Assembly (NCBI GenBank): GCA_035363115.1 | Contig: DAOSEM010000003.1 | Span: 125,317 to 189,316 of the forward strand | Reading direction: 5' to 3' | DNA: 64,000 bases | Source of the DNA: Syntrophales bacterium | GTDB lineage: Bacteria > Desulfobacterota > Syntrophia > Syntrophales > PHBD01 | Part shown: one piece after another, positions 61,738 to 64,000 of the stretch | Layout: every line of letters begins with the position of its first letter | How positions within the stretch are numbered: the stretch's first letter is position 1 | Made by a program: the position numbers and the translations under genes | Notes under the pieces: generated by a model | The model's database searches: none | What the model saw: only the letters and a program-made list of their open reading frames with translations | What the model was told of the DNA's origin: nothing

Positions 61738-62661
61738 TTGGACCAGGCGGCAACACTCAGACAGGCCATGGAGCGGCGGGAGCGCGGAGGCGTGAAGGTC
61801 CCCGGCGGGGGAAAGTCCCACGGCGAGGGCGAGGATACGGAGGTGCGGGACAGGCCCGTCCGCGTCCTGGCTTTCACGAGCGGCAAGGGAGGCGTCGGAA
61901 AAACCAACATCGCCGCCAACATCGCCTACATCCTCTCCCAGCGCAACCGGAAGACCATCGTCCTGGACGCGGACATGGGGCTTGCCAACATCGACCTGCT
62001 CCTGGGGCTTACGCCCCGGTACAACCTGTACCACGTCCTGAAGGGGGAAAAGACCCTGGCGGAGACGCTGGTGACAGGGCCCGGCGGGATGAAGGTCCTT
62101 CCCGCCTCCTCCGGCATTGCGGAGATGACGGATCTTTCGAGAGGGCAGAAGCTGACTCTCCTGGATGCGGTCAATTCGCTGAAGAACAAGCCGGAATTCC
62201 TTCTGATCGACACGGCGGCCGGCATTTCGGGAAACGTCACCTATTTCAATTCCTCCGCCCACGAGATCATCATTGTCACCTCCGCAGAGCCGACGGCGCT
62301 GACGGATGCCTACGCCCTCATGAAGGTGCTCTACCAGGGATACGACCGGAAGAAGTTCCGTCTCGTCGTCAACATGGTCAACCACCCGACGGAGGCCCGC
62401 GAGGCGTACGAGCGGCTGCGGCATGCGACGGACCATTTCCTGACCGTCGCCCTGGACTACCTGGGATTCATCCTCCACGACCCGAGGCTGCCCGAGGCCG
62501 TGAAAAAGCAGAAGGCCCTGGCGGAGATCTACCCTTCGTCCCCGGCAAGCCGGTGCCTCCAGGACATTGCCTCGAGGCTGTGCGGAGAGGCGCCCGGAGG
62601 GGCGGAGGGGGGAAGCATTCGGTTTTTCAGCAACAGGACCATTCGATCCAGCCGTGAATAG
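61738..62661 (+). CDS. flhG: MinD-type ATPase FlhG (FleN/YlxH)
   Basis: 'FTSGKGGVGKTNIAAN' is the deviant Walker A. The N-terminal 'DQAATLR' motif lies upstream of the first in-frame ATG (61768), so a TTG start at 61738 (or 61723) is inferred. Confidence 0.85.
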   Translation: MDQAATLRQAMERRERGGVKVPGGGKSHGEGEDTEVRDRPVRVLAFTSGKGGVGKTNIAANIAYILSQRNRKTIVLDADMGLANIDLLLGLTPRYNLYHVLKGEKTLAETLVTGPGGMKVLPASSGIAEMTDLSRGQKLTLLDAVNSLKNKPEFLLIDTAAGISGNVTYFNSSAHEIIIVTSAEPTALTDAYALMKVLYQGYDRKKFRLVVNMVNHPTEAREAYERLRHATDHFLTVALDYLGFILHDPRLPEAVKKQKALAEIYPSSPASRCLQDIASRLCGEAPGGAEGGSIRFFSNRTIRSSRE

Positions 62662-63364
62662 GAACGGGAGAGAAGGACAGATTCTGCAGTATGCGCCCAT
62701 GGTGAAGCAGGTCGTCAGCCGGCTGACCGCCCGTGTGGTCATGGCGCCGGCGGATCGGGAGGCCCTGATTCAGGCCGGCGTGATCGGCCTGATGGCCGCG
62801 CTGGAGAAGTTCGACGAGACAAAAAACGTCCGGTTCGAGACGTACGCGAAGATCCGGATCCGTGGGGCCGTGCTGGACGAGATGCGGGCCGCCGACCGTG
62901 TCCCCCGGTCCGTTCGAAGCAAGGATACAAAAATCGAGAAGGCCTTTGCAGCGCTTCAGAGACAGCTTGGCCGCCCCCCCGGCGAGGAGGAGATGGCGGA
63001 TCACCTGGGCATCCCCCTGGAGGAATACTTCGAGCTCCTCGATGATGCGAAGCTGGTCAAGGTGATCAGCACCGAGGACCTTCCCCCCGATTTCATTGAA
63101 CGGTACGGATGCGGCAGGCTGCAGGAGGAAATCGACCACGGCGATCCGCTCTCCCTCCTGGAGAGCGAGGAGCTCAAGGAGGGGATCAAGAAGGCCATCG
63201 ACCGGCTCCCCGAGAAGGAGCGTACGGTCCTGGCCCTGTACTATTACGAGGAACTGAACCTCAAGGAGATCGGACGGGTCCTGAATCTGACGGAGTCAAG
63301 GATCTGCCAGATCCATACCCAGGCGGTGCTCCGGCTGCGGGGACTGCTGGGGGAGGTGCGCTGA
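62654..63364 (+). CDS. fliA: flagellar sigma factor FliA (sigma28)
   Basis: GTG 62654 overlaps the flhG stop by 8 nt, giving 236 aa. Region 2 'LIQAGVIGLMAALEKFDE...FETYAKIRIRGAVLDEMR' and region 4 'LNLKEIGRVLNLTESRICQIHTQA'. Confidence 0.92.
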   Translation: MNRNGREGQILQYAPMVKQVVSRLTARVVMAPADREALIQAGVIGLMAALEKFDETKNVRFETYAKIRIRGAVLDEMRAADRVPRSVRSKDTKIEKAFAALQRQLGRPPGEEEMADHLGIPLEEYFELLDDAKLVKVISTEDLPPDFIERYGCGRLQEEIDHGDPLSLLESEELKEGIKKAIDRLPEKERTVLALYYYEELNLKEIGRVLNLTESRICQIHTQAVLRLRGLLGEVR

Positions 63365-63365
63365 C

Positions 63366-64000
63366 ATGGGTTCGCAGGGAACGGCCATGACCGACGCCCC
63401 GGACCGGGGCCTGACCTTCCTGGTGGTGGACGACCAGTATGACGCCCGGAAAAGCATCCGGAAGATGCTTCTTTCCCTCGGACACACCAGCGTGCTGGAG
63501 GGCAAGGACGGTGTCGAGGCCTGGCAGCGCCTCCAGTCCGAGCCCGTGGACGTCGCGATCGTGGACCTGTTCATGCCGGGGCTCAGCGGAATCGACCTCC
63601 TCCGGCGCGTCCGGAAAGACGAGCGGTTCCGAAGCCTGCCGTTCATCATGGTGACGGGAGATCTGGCGGAAGAGATCGTGGCGGAGGCCGCGGAGACGGA
63701 TGTGGACGCCTACATCATCAAGCCGTTCGCCGTCCAGACGCTGGAGGAGAAAATCAACGCGGTGCTGGGGAGGCGGACGAATCCGTCCCCGCTGGATGGG
63801 CACCTCCAGCTTGCCCAGGCTCTAATCGGGGAAGGGGAATTCAACCGCGCCCTGGGAGAGCTGAAGACGGCCATGGCCATGCAGCCGGACAATCCCCGGG
63901 TTTTTCAGACGCTGGGGGAGATGTACGTCTGCCGCGGCATGCTGGAGGACGCGGAGAAGGCCTTCCGGAAGGCGATCCTGTGCGAGCCCCGATTCACCCG
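63366..64000 (+). CDS. response regulator receiver fused to TPR repeats (3' partial at window edge)
   Basis: My own translation from ATG 63366: 'LTFLVVDDQYDARK...VAIVDLFMPGLSG...IMVTGD...YIIKPF', then TPR-like 'LAQALIGEGEFNRALGELKTAMAMQPDNPRVFQTLGEMY'. No stop before 64000. Confidence 0.8.
   Translation, partial: MGSQGTAMTDAPDRGLTFLVVDDQYDARKSIRKMLLSLGHTSVLEGKDGVEAWQRLQSEPVDVAIVDLFMPGLSGIDLLRRVRKDERFRSLPFIMVTGDLAEEIVAEAAETDVDAYIIKPFAVQTLEEKINAVLGRRTNPSPLDGHLQLAQALIGEGEFNRALGELKTAMAMQPDNPRVFQTLGEMYVCRGMLEDAEKAFRKAILCEPRFT

Overview
GC-rich bacterial window. The gene content looks like Desulfobacterota/deltaproteobacteria, but that is inference only. Almost the whole window is one motility supercluster. 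Positions 1-3500 hold housekeeping genes: a PaaI thioesterase, an MsrA-MsrB fusion and a gamma-carbonic-anhydrase-like protein. Next comes a response regulator, a PAS hybrid kinase and a CheX-fusion module (3.7-8.1 kb). A minus-strand chemotaxis cluster follows (8.2-20.4 kb): mcp-cheR-cheY-cheB-cheA-mcp-cheW plus two more MCPs. After that are an orphan sigma54 activator, a cheD-HDOD-cheX-cheY-cheX operon, and two paralogous membrane PAS hybrid kinases bracketing HDOD and MBL genes. A minus-strand pilZ-motA-motB operon follows. The remaining ~29 kb is a plus-strand flagellar cluster: TPR protein, FlrB-like kinase, FlrC-like activator, flgBC, fliEFGHIJ, a motE-like gene, fliK, flgDE, a second PomA-like stator with two MotB-like genes, fliLMNOPQR, flhBAFG, fliA, and a partial RR-TPR gene at the window edge. 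I read seven well-spaced sigma54 (-24/-12) promoters directly from the sequence, in front of essentially every che, mot and flagellar operon. No rRNA, tRNA, CRISPR array, transposase or phage gene was seen. The many long antisense ORFs in the track are high-GC artefacts. The most interesting observations are listed here. (1) CheA carries tandem MshEN-like candidate c-di-GMP motifs where the P2 domain normally sits. (2) The second stator operon contains a MotB-like protein that lacks the channel Asp. (3) The FlrB-like kinase has no sensor domain and degenerate ATP-binding boxes. (4) Two MCPs with divergent sensors share a homogenised signalling module. (5) The whole region appears to be wired through sigma54. 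Several starts are non-ATG, because the ORF track translates GTG and TTG as M, and I re-placed some starts using RBS and promoter positions.
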